In this document: in pieces, positions 10,676 through 20,920 of the stretch
How the letters are laid out: every line of letters starts with the position of its first letter
How positions within the stretch are numbered: the first letter of the stretch is position 1
Source of the DNA: Candidatus Poribacteria bacterium
GTDB lineage: Bacteria > Poribacteria > WGA-4E > WGA-3G
DNA: 64,000 nt
Direction: 5' to 3'
NCBI GenBank assembly: GCA_963663765.2
Contig: CAXXUA010000007.1
Coordinates: forward strand, 64,001-128,000
Notes under the pieces: model-generated
Databases searched by the model: none
The model's input: the letters and a program-made list of their open reading frames with translations, nothing else
Told to the model about the DNA's origin: nothing
Position numbers and translations under genes: made by a program

Positions 10676-11111
10676 ATTGACGTTTACTCCTCAGTAATAC
10701 CTGCGTCCCCTTTACAATTCAGCACAGGTTGTTACTGTGTGTTAGAAATCGTGGCAAGGGAATCAGGTGAAAACGAATGAATCAGACAGGACGTATTACA
10801 ATTACGTATGACTGTCGTGAATATATACTAATAATATTTGAAATAATGACTCTTTAGTGTATTCTTAGAATGAATTGTATTGGTATTTTGTTAAGTTACA
10901 TATATATATGTTGTTGGAGAATTATGCGTTGTGTGTCGTGAATAATCACGATCAGCAGCACATCCGGTATTTTTTGGAGGGTTGCTATCTGACAAAAGCA
11001 GAATTTTTGATTTATATTATGGGGTCCGATTTCAAGCGTTGGCAGGAATTAGACATCCTTTTACAGTTGGGACTTTATATTTGCCCGATTGCTTTAACCG
11101 TTCTAATGTAT

Positions 11112-11140
11112 ATTATACATAATTTTCGGTTATTCGTCAA
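11112..11140 (-). promoter_or_regulatory. Sigma-70 promoter for the rho operon
   Basis: Minus strand TTGACG-N17-TATAAT. Confidence 0.7.
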
Positions 11141-11208
11141 GTTTTTTTCATGATAAACATCAGATATTGGTAAATTGATTCATATTTTTGTTTGCAATTG
11201 CATAAAAT

Positions 11209-11242
11209 GTTGTTAGTACATTCCCGTGAATGTACTAACAAC
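11209..11242 (-). terminator. Intrinsic terminator-like hairpin after the TPR gene
   Basis: 15-bp stem gttgttagtacattc/gaatgtactaacaac, 8 bp past the stop codon. Confidence 0.6.
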
Positions 11243-11250
11243 GAAGATTT

Positions 11251-13185
11251 CTATTCACTGTTGCCTTTTAAAGGTTGTAACCTACGTCGGATTTTTGCAT
11301 TGTATTTATCCTTTTCTAAGAATCCTTCCCATAATGCAATGGCTTCATCGTTATATCCTTTTGAGACGTAGTAATCTCCGAGAGCGATAACAGCGATCTC
11401 TGAACGCGGATCTTTCTCAATTGCTTCTTTGAACGCTTCAACTGCTACTTTTTCGTCACCTTTGAGGAGTGCAAATTCTCCTTTTGCATAGGGAAGTAGG
11501 GCATGCTCAGGATATTGACTTGTAATGTCGTCAAGCAGAGTTTGTGCGTCAGCGTCTCGTCCCTGCTTAAAAACTGCTATTGCTGCAAGGATCAAACCAT
11601 ATCCGTGCTGATGCTTTAAAATCTCTTTTTCCACTTTATTATCGGTTTTGTTCAACAGGCGTTCTGCTACCCGTGCGGCTGCTTTATACTTGATTTGTGC
11701 TTTATTATATTGACCGTATTTATAGCACACATCTCCAAGTGTTTTTAAAGCAACGAAAGTGCTGGTATTTTGTTTGGCAAGGTCATCGAAAATGACTGCT
11801 CTCTGACTATCTCTGAGTCTATAGTGTAACACTTCAGCAAGACTTTGCAAAGCGTCTGTGTCTTCAGGATTTAATGCGACTGCATGTTCAAATGCCTCTT
11901 TTTCTTTTTCATACTCACCGAGTTTTTGATAAGTTTTCCCAATATTCCAATAGATCTGTACATCTTTATTACGATTGATTCCAACAATAGATTGGAAAGT
12001 TTCAAGTGCTTTTTCATATTCCTCATTTGTATACTGGTTTTCACCAGTTGCGATAACAGCATCAACAACTTTACTATCTTTACTTGCAGCTTTTTTTAGA
12101 ACATCTGCTGCCTTTTTATGCATTCCAAGTTTTCTGTAGCAGATTGATAGGCTTAAGTAGCTGTATGGGTTTAATTTTGCTTTTTCTGCTTCAGCCCTTG
12201 CGATTGCATCAAAATACAACGCCCCTGCATCACGATAGTTTTCATCTTGGTATAAAAATTTTGCGACCATAAGTTCGGCATCGTAATATGTGCCTTGATC
12301 ATCACCTGCAATAGATGTTCCGCCGCCAAAACTTCCCATGACTTCTTCAGCACTGACTCCGAAACCAGAATCTGCTAAAACGACTTTTGGTTTCAAGACA
12401 GGACTTTGCTCAACATTTCTGGGTCTGTCGCGTTCACGACGTTCTTGTTGCCTCAGGATAGCGCGTCCGATCTGTGTTGATTCAGGATTATCGGGTTCAG
12501 GAATCTGTGCGTTAAGTTCGGTCAGTTCCTGTTTTGCTTTCTCAATATCAGGTTCTGCTCCTTCAAGTTTTCCATATTTCTTTACCATGGATTGAAGTGT
12601 CTGTTTTGCATCATCTTCATTTTTGAGGTAATTACGTTGGATTCGTGCTTTATTCACAAGTGCTTGTGTGGCGCGCGTGCTTTTTGGATTTCGGTGTGCA
12701 AAGTTATCAAAAACTTCGACAGCTTGCTCATATTTTTTGCCATCTTCATAACTTTTTGCTAACATTAATTGTGCTTTGTGGCTCAATTCCAGATGTGGAA
12801 ATTGATTGACAATTGTGTCAAACTGGGTTTGTGCTTCATCATAGTTTTCTAGTCTATAGTTATGCATACCAAGTTCATAATGAGCTTCTGCCGTTTCATC
12901 ACTTTCAGGTGCGTCAACGATGAGAGTTTCATAGATTTGGACACCTTTCGCGGGTTGATTCATGTGTTTGAAGTACAGTGTTCCTATTGCCAGTTGTGCT
13001 TTTCTGGCATCAAGAGTACCGGGTTTTGTGTTAACAACGTTTTGGTATGCCTCTAACGCACCGCGGTAATCTTTCATCTCTACTAATTTATCACCAGCGT
13101 CTAATGCGTTACCGGATATACAACCAGTATATACTGCTGTTAGGACGACTATGGCAGTAAGTATGCAGTAGTTAACATATTTCAT
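11251..13185 (-). CDS. Tetratricopeptide-repeat lipoprotein (BamD/CpoB-like repeats)
   Basis: Lipobox-like YTGC; many TPR-like helices (AHYELG, AQLMLAKSY). Confidence 0.8.
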   Translation of the reverse strand: MKYVNYCILTAIVVLTAVYTGCISGNALDAGDKLVEMKDYRGALEAYQNVVNTKPGTLDARKAQLAIGTLYFKHMNQPAKGVQIYETLIVDAPESDETAEAHYELGMHNYRLENYDEAQTQFDTIVNQFPHLELSHKAQLMLAKSYEDGKKYEQAVEVFDNFAHRNPKSTRATQALVNKARIQRNYLKNEDDAKQTLQSMVKKYGKLEGAEPDIEKAKQELTELNAQIPEPDNPESTQIGRAILRQQERRERDRPRNVEQSPVLKPKVVLADSGFGVSAEEVMGSFGGGTSIAGDDQGTYYDAELMVAKFLYQDENYRDAGALYFDAIARAEAEKAKLNPYSYLSLSICYRKLGMHKKAADVLKKAASKDSKVVDAVIATGENQYTNEEYEKALETFQSIVGINRNKDVQIYWNIGKTYQKLGEYEKEKEAFEHAVALNPEDTDALQSLAEVLHYRLRDSQRAVIFDDLAKQNTSTFVALKTLGDVCYKYGQYNKAQIKYKAAARVAERLLNKTDNKVEKEILKHQHGYGLILAAIAVFKQGRDADAQTLLDDITSQYPEHALLPYAKGEFALLKGDEKVAVEAFKEAIEKDPRSEIAVIALGDYYVSKGYNDEAIALWEGFLEKDKYNAKIRRRLQPLKGNSE

Positions 13186-13314
13186 GATTTTTCTCCTTTC
13201 TATAGAAATTTAAGTATTAGAATGAATTTAGATCGGCACCCAGGAATTCACAAGACTCTGTAAAGAAAATAACTCTTATATCAGTGATGCATATTATCTG
13301 GGTGAAGGTTTGTT

Positions 13315-14448
13315 CTAATACATCTGTCTTGCAGTACATTGGTCAATTAGGTCTAAGACTTCTTGACGATTATATCCTTCTTTTTCAATAAGTTCATCAC
13401 AGTCAACTCTGTTTTTGGCATCCGGACCTTTTCCTGCTTCGAGAATGGAGTTCGTCAACCAACTGGTTCGTATCCCGTTGATGCCTGAGGTATAGTTTGT
13501 ATCATATTCACCTTTAACGAGTCCTACAAGTTGGTCAACTTTGCTACGGGGGTATCCATCAGGACGTGAGTATGAAATTGGTTGAGCTTCACCATCTTTA
13601 TGAATAAAACGGATTCCTTTTTTGATTTCAATTGTTCCTTTGTCACCTTCAAGTATGACCCATTCTTCGAACCCAACACGTGTGTTACCGAGTATTGTGA
13701 TTGTTCCTTCTGCACCGTTGTCAAGTTTGACATCTGAGTAGGAATTGATTTCAACGAATTTTGGGACAATATTCCCATCATTGTCTTCAAATTTCATGTC
13801 GGTAGTACCGTAAACTTCAGCAGGTAAAGCATTTGTCATCCACAGGAAGATGTCTTGTAGATGGCTACCAGAGTCGTTAGGTTGCCCACCACCAGAAAAA
13901 CGAGGGTCGCCACGCCAGCCACCAGCACCCCAACGTTGTGCCATGTATACCTCAAACTTTTTGAGATTCCCGATAAGACCTTCAGCAATAGCATGTCTAC
14001 CGTTAATATATGTATCTTCGTAGTGTCGTTGGTAACCGCCGACAAGATGTAATTCGCTACTGAGTGCTATTTTGGTTATAGTAATTGCATCACCAACAAT
14101 ATTTGCCATAGGTTTTTCTACGATGACATGACAGCCAGCACGGAGAGCGTATTTAACATGTATGTCGTGCAAAGAGTGTGGTGAAAAGACACCGACTATA
14201 TCTAAGTCTTCGTGGTTTAGCATTTCAATAAATTCATGCTCACCGAGATAACGGTTTAGACTATTAGGTTTGTAATCTTCAACCCGTTGCTGCAATGCGT
14301 TTTCTAAAGCGTCTATACTTCCTTCATGAGCATCTGCAGCAGCAACGACTTGGCAATCGGGACGTGTAGCAAAACCCATTGTATTTCCGCGTCCTGCCCC
14401 GCCAGGACCGATTACACCGACTCTTAATATATCGTTCTTGCTTGGCAT
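13315..14448 (-). CDS. Gfo/Idh/MocA-family oxidoreductase
   Basis: VGVIGPGGAG, HVIVEKPMA, GGG..DSGSH. Confidence 0.9.
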   Translation of the reverse strand: MPSKNDILRVGVIGPGGAGRGNTMGFATRPDCQVVAAADAHEGSIDALENALQQRVEDYKPNSLNRYLGEHEFIEMLNHEDLDIVGVFSPHSLHDIHVKYALRAGCHVIVEKPMANIVGDAITITKIALSSELHLVGGYQRHYEDTYINGRHAIAEGLIGNLKKFEVYMAQRWGAGGWRGDPRFSGGGQPNDSGSHLQDIFLWMTNALPAEVYGTTDMKFEDNDGNIVPKFVEINSYSDVKLDNGAEGTITILGNTRVGFEEWVILEGDKGTIEIKKGIRFIHKDGEAQPISYSRPDGYPRSKVDQLVGLVKGEYDTNYTSGINGIRTSWLTNSILEAGKGPDAKNRVDCDELIEKEGYNRQEVLDLIDQCTARQMY

Positions 14449-14729
14449 TGTTTAATGTCTCCGGGATAGGTTAAAAAATATAGTTATGTTAATTTATATA
14501 CTCATATACAAGCAACGTGACAGTTCGGAAGGGTTGCTGCTGATTCCACACATTTTGTTGTAAACGGTCAACAACATTAGGCGAGAAAATTGCTCTCCCG
14601 TTTCAACATTGATACGGGCAGGAACATTCTCAATTAAGAGAAACTTACCGTCCATTTCAAGCGTGTATGTAACCTTCTGATCAATTAAGTGTTCATCCCA
14701 AACTTCTTAGTTAGACATTTTTTCCATAC

Positions 14730-15470
14730 TTATCCAGTAAATACTTTGAATAGTTTTCTGAGCGGATCATAAAATTCATCTACTACACGTTCTTTCAATG
14801 GTATAATTGCGTTATCTGTAATCGTGATGTGTTCTGGACAAACTTTTGTGCAGCACTTAGTGATGTTACAATATCCGATACCGTCAATATCTTTCAATTC
14901 TTCTAACCGATTTTCAGTGTCTATTGGGTGCATCTCTAATGATGCTGCGTAGACGAATAACCGGGGGCCGATGAATTTATCATGCAAATGATGTTCACGC
15001 AAGACGTGACACACATCTTGGCATAGAAAGCACTCAATACACTTTCGGAATTCTTGCACGTGGTCTATGTCTGCTTGCTCCATACGCCATGTGCCATCTT
15101 CTGCATCCGGTGGTCGTGGCGTGAAGGGTTTCATTTTCTCTTTGATCTTATAGTTCCAAGATACGTCAGTAACAAGGTCTTTGATGATAGGAAATGCACG
15201 CATCGGTTCAACGGTGACAGGTTGGTCAAGTGGTAGATCGTTGAGGCGCGTCATACACATTAATTTAGGATTACCGTTCACTTCTGCAGAACAGGAACCG
15301 CACTTCCCTGCTTTGCAGTTCCATCTGACAGCGAGGTCATTTGCCTGTTCAGCTTGGATTCGGTGTACAGCGTCTAACACGACCATCCCTTCGGAGACTT
15401 CTGTTTCGTAATCAACGTATTGTGCCTTGTCGGCATCCCCGCGCCAGATTCTGAAAGTTGCTTTTGCCAT
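14730..15470 (-). CDS. sdhB: Succinate dehydrogenase/fumarate reductase Fe-S subunit
   Basis: CKAGKCGSC..C, CIECFLCQDVC, CNITKCCTKVCP. Confidence 0.92.
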   Translation of the reverse strand: MAKATFRIWRGDADKAQYVDYETEVSEGMVVLDAVHRIQAEQANDLAVRWNCKAGKCGSCSAEVNGNPKLMCMTRLNDLPLDQPVTVEPMRAFPIIKDLVTDVSWNYKIKEKMKPFTPRPPDAEDGTWRMEQADIDHVQEFRKCIECFLCQDVCHVLREHHLHDKFIGPRLFVYAASLEMHPIDTENRLEELKDIDGIGYCNITKCCTKVCPEHITITDNAIIPLKERVVDEFYDPLRKLFKVFTG

Positions 15471-15496
15471 TATAAATTCCTTCCGTTGTGTATTCC

Positions 15497-17314
15497 CTAT
15501 CCGATTTCATCAATAATCTGTTGATATTCTTCGGTCAAATCAGTTACGTTTTCTCGTCGGATTTCCATTGTACCGTCGTCAGCTTTTTTAAGGATAGTGT
15601 TATATTTTCCTGTTCCTTGTTCCTCTTTCTCTGGATAATCATCACGTGAATGTGCACCGATACTTGCTCTACGTTCAAGTGCTGCAAGTGCGATGGCTTC
15701 TGAGACTGTGAGTAGACAGTCAAGTTCAAGAGCAGTATGCCATCCAGAATTATATTCACGATTGCCAATTGCGTGAACATTCTCTGCTTTTTTGCGTAAA
15801 ATCTGTATTTCTTCTAATGCTTGTGTAAGACTGTCTTGGCTGCGTGCGATACCCACTAATTCCTGCATTTTGTCTTGAAGTTGTGCCTGTATTTCGTAAG
15901 GATTATCTCCCTCTTCTGGGTTATCAAAAGGTTTTAGCACATGAATTGCTATTTCTTCTATTTCACTCTCTTCAAGTGGCACATCACCATTTTCCTGAGA
16001 AAATTGTGATGCGAATTCACCTGCTCTTTTTCCAAATACGAGTAAGTCAGACAAAGAGTTACCCCCGAGTCGATTAGCACCGTGTAAACCTGCTGCACAT
16101 TCACCTGCTGCAAAGAGACCTGGTACACAGGTCATTTGCGTATCCGCATCAACCCGAATGCCTCCCATGATATAATGTGTCGTTGGACCTACCTCCATCG
16201 GTTCTTGGGTGATGTCTATGTCAGCAAGTTCCGTAAATTGATGATACATGCTCGGTAGTTTTCTGCGTATATGTTCTGCAGCATTTGGAATTTTCTCCTT
16301 AATCCAAGCAATGTCTAAGAACACACCACCGTGTGGACTTCCTCTGCCTTCCTGAACTTCTCGGACGATGCACCTTGCAATATGGTCACGGGTTAACAAT
16401 TCCGGAGGTCTCCGCGCTTCACGATCACCTTGTGTATAACGCCAACCTTCTTCGGGATTGTCGGCAGTTTGGTTTACATACAGTTCAGGTATATCGTCGA
16501 ACATGAAGCGACGTCCTTCGTTATTTGTCAATATTCCGCCTTCTCCGCGAACACCCTCGGTAACTAATATTCCTCTGACACTGGGTGGCCAGACCATTCC
16601 TGTTGGGTGGAACTGCACAAATTCCATGTCGATTAGTTCGGCACCTGCGTGATATGCAAGAGAATTTCCATCACCTGTATACTCCCAACTGTTGCTTGTG
16701 ATTTTATATGCTTTACCGACGCCACCTGTTGCTAATACAATTGCTTTCGCAGCAAAGATTTTGAAACGACCTTTCTCACGTTCATAACCGAAAGCACCTG
16801 AGACTCTATCCCCTGATTTAAGGAGTGAGACGATTGTATTCTCCATGTGGACTTCAATGCCTTGATGAATACCGTGGTCTTGCAAGGCACGGATCATTTC
16901 CAGACCTGTACGGTCACCGACATGAGCGAGACGTGGATATTGATGTCCTCCAAAGTTTCGTTGCAGGATGCTTCCGTCCTGTGTACGATCAAAGAGTGCC
17001 CCCCATGCTTCAAGTTCTCGGACACGGTCGGGGGATTCCTTTGCGTGAAGTTCAGCCATTCGCGCGTTTGAGAGGTACTGTCCACCACGCATTGTGTCGG
17101 CAAAATGGACTCTCCAACTGTCTCTTTCATCTACATTTGCTAATGCAGCAGCGACTCCACCTTCCGCCATCACAGTGTGTGCTTTTCCAAGCAGTGACTT
17201 ACAAATTAATCCGACTTTCAAGTCATCTGTCGCTGCTTCAATTGCGGCACGTAACCCTGCACCACCAGCACCGATTATCAATACATCATATTCGTGAGTT
17301 TCAATAGATGCCAA
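15497..17314 (-). CDS. sdhA: Succinate dehydrogenase/fumarate reductase flavoprotein subunit
   Basis: GAGGAG, HTVMAEGG, QFHPT, HYIMGGI, HGANRLGGNSL. Confidence 0.93.
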   Translation of the reverse strand: MASIETHEYDVLIIGAGGAGLRAAIEAATDDLKVGLICKSLLGKAHTVMAEGGVAAALANVDERDSWRVHFADTMRGGQYLSNARMAELHAKESPDRVRELEAWGALFDRTQDGSILQRNFGGHQYPRLAHVGDRTGLEMIRALQDHGIHQGIEVHMENTIVSLLKSGDRVSGAFGYEREKGRFKIFAAKAIVLATGGVGKAYKITSNSWEYTGDGNSLAYHAGAELIDMEFVQFHPTGMVWPPSVRGILVTEGVRGEGGILTNNEGRRFMFDDIPELYVNQTADNPEEGWRYTQGDREARRPPELLTRDHIARCIVREVQEGRGSPHGGVFLDIAWIKEKIPNAAEHIRRKLPSMYHQFTELADIDITQEPMEVGPTTHYIMGGIRVDADTQMTCVPGLFAAGECAAGLHGANRLGGNSLSDLLVFGKRAGEFASQFSQENGDVPLEESEIEEIAIHVLKPFDNPEEGDNPYEIQAQLQDKMQELVGIARSQDSLTQALEEIQILRKKAENVHAIGNREYNSGWHTALELDCLLTVSEAIALAALERRASIGAHSRDDYPEKEEQGTGKYNTILKKADDGTMEIRRENVTDLTEEYQQIIDEIG

Positions 17315-17341
17315 ACTAATGTATCCTCTCTAAGACATTGT

Positions 17342-18160
17342 TTAAAATGTTATGTAATCTTGCCATCCTGTAACCGCTATTGTGCGGACATACAAATCAG
17401 ATAAACCGACCCAAATCAGACTCATCCATGCCCAGAGCATGTGTCGTTGGTTGAGACAACTCACACAGTTATACAAACTTCTGCGTACTGGTGCTTTGGA
17501 TAGCAGGTCAACTATTCCACCGACCAAGTGACGTAATGAGTGACATCCAAATGTATATCCACCTAATAATACCACATTTCCTGCTAATATCACAGTACCT
17601 AGACCGATACCAAATGTCTTACCACCGTTCCCATCCTCAAACCAGAGTGCTTTCCAGACATCATAAGCAAGGATTCCAACTATGACAATTGCGACATAAA
17701 GAAAATATCTGTGGATATTCTGGATTATCAATGGAAATGAATGTTCACCTCGGTACCCCTTTCGTGGTTCTGATACTGAACATGATGGCGGGTCTGCCCA
17801 AAATGCTTTATAGTATGCCCCACGGTAATAATAGCAAGTAAAACGAAATCCAAGTGGTGCCCACAAAATAAGGACCGCGGGAGTAATTAACGCAGGCATC
17901 CAACCGGGCATCGCTCCAAACCAACTGTGGCTAATAGAATGTTCAGATGTACCAAAAAGCAGTGGTGAATAAAAAGGTGTCAAATAAGGAGCGTTCTCAG
18001 GTAGAAAATGGTTGCCTTCAAAAACCCGAAAAGTTGCATAGATTATGAATGTACCTAAACCGATAAATACTGCTAAAGGTTGTACCCACCAGGTATCTTT
18101 TCGTTGGGTTTGAAAGGGTCGGTGCTCAGTTAATGTAAGTTCTGGATGTGCCATATACAA
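17342..18160 (-). CDS. Single membrane-anchor subunit of Sdh1/type-F succinate dehydrogenase (Rv0249c-like)
   Basis: PLGFRFTCYYYRGAYY, QNIHRY and GCHSLRH motifs; first gene of the sdh operon. Confidence 0.75.
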   Translation of the reverse strand: MYMAHPELTLTEHRPFQTQRKDTWWVQPLAVFIGLGTFIIYATFRVFEGNHFLPENAPYLTPFYSPLLFGTSEHSISHSWFGAMPGWMPALITPAVLILWAPLGFRFTCYYYRGAYYKAFWADPPSCSVSEPRKGYRGEHSFPLIIQNIHRYFLYVAIVIVGILAYDVWKALWFEDGNGGKTFGIGLGTVILAGNVVLLGGYTFGCHSLRHLVGGIVDLLSKAPVRRSLYNCVSCLNQRHMLWAWMSLIWVGLSDLYVRTIAVTGWQDYITF

Positions 18161-18180
18161 TTTTCCCTTCTATATCTTAC

Positions 18181-18209
18181 AGAATACCACATTTGAAAAC
18201 AAAGTGCAA
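18181..18209 (-). promoter_or_regulatory. Putative sigma-70 promoter of the sdh operon
   Basis: Minus strand TTGCAC-N17-TATTCT; a second TTGACA-N17-TACAAT lies at 18447-18475. Confidence 0.5.
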
Positions 18210-18840
18210 GCAGGAAAGGATTTACGTATCGTATTAAGTTTATCTTTCATTTTAATCTTCATTAATATTTTTGAGGAAATGGTGCATATTTTCAGTCAAG
18301 TTCTTTCCATTCAATTGATTTTTCTCTATAAACTTTACTGATGTGTTTTGCATAGTTGAGATTCTACAACACATTCGTACTTGCTTGTGCTACGAGATAA
18401 GTTCCAACTATTGTTTTCTCATAGTCCCTCGGTTATATTTCAGTATATTGTAGCATGAAGTAATATTTTTGTCAAATATAACGTAAAACGAATTTTATGA
18501 ACGGTTTGTATAGTTTTTTACATGAATTGAGAGGGTGTACGTATTAGTTCATTGTCTGAATTGTGGTGTGAGTCCGGAATCTCGGATTACACGGAGAACC
18601 CGGACTATTGAGTTTTTGCCTGTTAAATCCTTTTCAAACAATATACACAAACTATTGCTGTGATGATTGGAGATCCAAACTTACAAATCCGAGAAATCTG
18701 TGTAATCCACGAATCAAACAGGTTAGGCAAGACTACATCAACACATACGGATGACACATGCGTAAGGTATTCTTCAATCAATACTATCAGTAATGCTTAT
18801 TATCTGACTATTTTTAAAAAATAATCCTTACCAACTCCTC

Positions 18841-19025
18841 AGGGTTGTTTTATGCATATTACACGATACCTGAGAAAATCGCGACCGGCAAAACAAGAAA
18901 TCCAACGGTATGAATGCGCGTATGGCATTCCCCGGGTATGAATGCCTTTTGGCATTCCCCGGTTCGTTACTACCGCGGGATTTCATTTTTTAGAAATCCG
19001 AACATTAGGCAAACTGAATAACCCT
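18841..19025. mobile_element. MITE family D (GGGTT...GAATAACCC ends) with an inserted micro-element C at 18889-18960
   Basis: Interior matches 58520-58604, which lacks the insertion. Confidence 0.65.
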
Positions 19026-19028
19026 ACC

Positions 19029-19074
19029 AATTCCCAAAACTTCTTGACATAAATTCCCAAAACTTCTTGACATA
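19029..19074 (+). repeat. Exact 23-bp tandem duplication containing a TTGACA -35 box
   Basis: aattcccaaaacttcttgacata x2, upstream of the glycogen synthase gene. Confidence 0.85.
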
Positions 19075-19133
19075 TTCATGTTTTGCGTGGTATTTTAAAC
19101 AATCTAAAGTTATTGTATAGGTGAGGTGAGAAC

Positions 19134-20882
19134 TTGAGTATTGTTGTTCACGTTACACACGAAGCAATCCAAAAAATGGGTGGAATCGGTGCAGTATTGG
19201 AAGGGTTGCTAACAACACGTAGCTACAACGAAGGGATTGAGCGTACGTTTCTTGTCGGACCGCTTTTTTCTGGTGCCGATTTAGGAGCATTGGATTCAGT
19301 GTTGTATCATGCAGTCGAAGGTATTAGGACAACACCACACGCTGACGCACTGAGTGATATTGAAAAGACTTTTCATGTTGAAATTGTCTATGGACTAAGG
19401 CGTTTTGAAGGTAAAGATCACGAGGTCGTTACACTGACAGATGTATTGTTGATTGATGTATCTAATGGTAATGTAGACTTAGTGGGTCAGTTCAAGTGGC
19501 AACTCTACGAACATTTTGGCATTGAATCAAGCCGTTACGAGAATCAATGGGAGTTTGAGGAATATGTCCGTCTTGCTGAACCTGCTTATGATGCGTTACG
19601 GGTACTCATGGGTGAAGAAACCAGTACGCCAGTGTATGTTATATCACATGAGTTTATGGGGATGCCGCTTGCACTCAAAACGCAGATTGAACGGAAAAAC
19701 GGTAATGGTGCATCAAATATGCGGACTGTCTTTTATGCTCATGAAGTTGCGACAATACGACCTATCGTTGAAGGACATCCCGGTCATGATGTTCGTTTTT
19801 ACAATGCTTTAGAACAGGCTAAGAATGAAGGTAAGTTAATCCGTGACGTGTTTGGGGATCCGTTCTGGTATTACAAGCACGCATTGATTGACAAAGCGCA
19901 TCTCTGTGATACGATCTTTGCTGTTGGTGATCTTGTTGTAGATGAACTCCGCTTTCTGTCACAACCGTTTGAATCGTATCCTATCAATCTTGTTTACAAT
20001 GGAATACCTGCTTTTGAGACGAGTATGGAGGATAAGTTAGAGTCAAAATCTCGTCTTCAAAAGTATACCAGAACGCTTCTTGACTATCGTCCTGATTATG
20101 TATTTACACATGTCACACGTCTTGTCAAAAGCAAAGGATTGTGGCGTGATCTACAAGTGTTAACACATTTGGATTCACTGCTTGCATCTAATGACAAGAC
20201 TGCGGTGTTGTTTATTCTATCAACAGAGATTGCAACGGGTCGTCCACACGAGGATATTCGTGAAATGGAACGTGAATATGGTTGGCCTGTCCACCATAAA
20301 ATCGGTTATCCTGATTTGGTAGGTGCGGAGATAGAATTGAACAATGGTATCTCCGCGTTTAATTTACAGTCTAAAGCAATTAAGGTCGTTTTTGTCAATC
20401 AATTTGGTTGGGATCAAGCGTCTTGTGGCACACGAATGCCAATGGATATGGAGTTTATGGACATTCGTAAAGGGAGTGATGCAGAATTTGGACAGTCAAT
20501 CTATGAACCTTTTGGTATTGCGCAAGTAGAACCACTTAGTTTTGGTGCGATCTGTGTTGTCAGCAATGTATGCGGATGTTGCGGTTTCATCCAACGTGCT
20601 ACTGATAACAACGAGGTGCCGAATGTTGTTATTGCTGACTATACGCACCTGAATTCGCCTCCGAAGTCTTTAGAAAATGTCTTGGACATCGGTTTAGCGG
20701 AACGGACACAGATTGAAGTTGAGAATAGCCGTGACATTGCAGCGAAACTTCTTGGTCGTCTACCAAGAAAACAACGTGACGTTGAGGATATGATTAGAGA
20801 AGGTTATGAGATTGCCTCTCGAATGAGTTGGGAAGTTGTCGTTAGGGATTATTTCTTGCCTGGGTTGAAACAGGCGTTATGA
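19134..20882 (+). CDS. Glycogen synthase-like glycosyltransferase (GT3-like)
   Basis: N-terminal HEAIQKMGGIGAV, SHEFM, SIYEPFG; glgB nearby. Confidence 0.7.
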   Translation: MSIVVHVTHEAIQKMGGIGAVLEGLLTTRSYNEGIERTFLVGPLFSGADLGALDSVLYHAVEGIRTTPHADALSDIEKTFHVEIVYGLRRFEGKDHEVVTLTDVLLIDVSNGNVDLVGQFKWQLYEHFGIESSRYENQWEFEEYVRLAEPAYDALRVLMGEETSTPVYVISHEFMGMPLALKTQIERKNGNGASNMRTVFYAHEVATIRPIVEGHPGHDVRFYNALEQAKNEGKLIRDVFGDPFWYYKHALIDKAHLCDTIFAVGDLVVDELRFLSQPFESYPINLVYNGIPAFETSMEDKLESKSRLQKYTRTLLDYRPDYVFTHVTRLVKSKGLWRDLQVLTHLDSLLASNDKTAVLFILSTEIATGRPHEDIREMEREYGWPVHHKIGYPDLVGAEIELNNGISAFNLQSKAIKVVFVNQFGWDQASCGTRMPMDMEFMDIRKGSDAEFGQSIYEPFGIAQVEPLSFGAICVVSNVCGCCGFIQRATDNNEVPNVVIADYTHLNSPPKSLENVLDIGLAERTQIEVENSRDIAAKLLGRLPRKQRDVEDMIREGYEIASRMSWEVVVRDYFLPGLKQAL

Positions 20883-20920
20883 TGACTTAGTAAATTTTAG
20901 CACAAAAGGATATTATCATT

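Noticed and set aside
14500-14700. Possible riboswitch upstream of the oxidoreductase
   Set aside because: No recognisable conserved motif by eye; an Rfam search would be needed.
18230-18430. Possible small gene upstream of the sdh operon
   Set aside because: RBS- and ATG-like start, but early stop codons and no recognisable homology.
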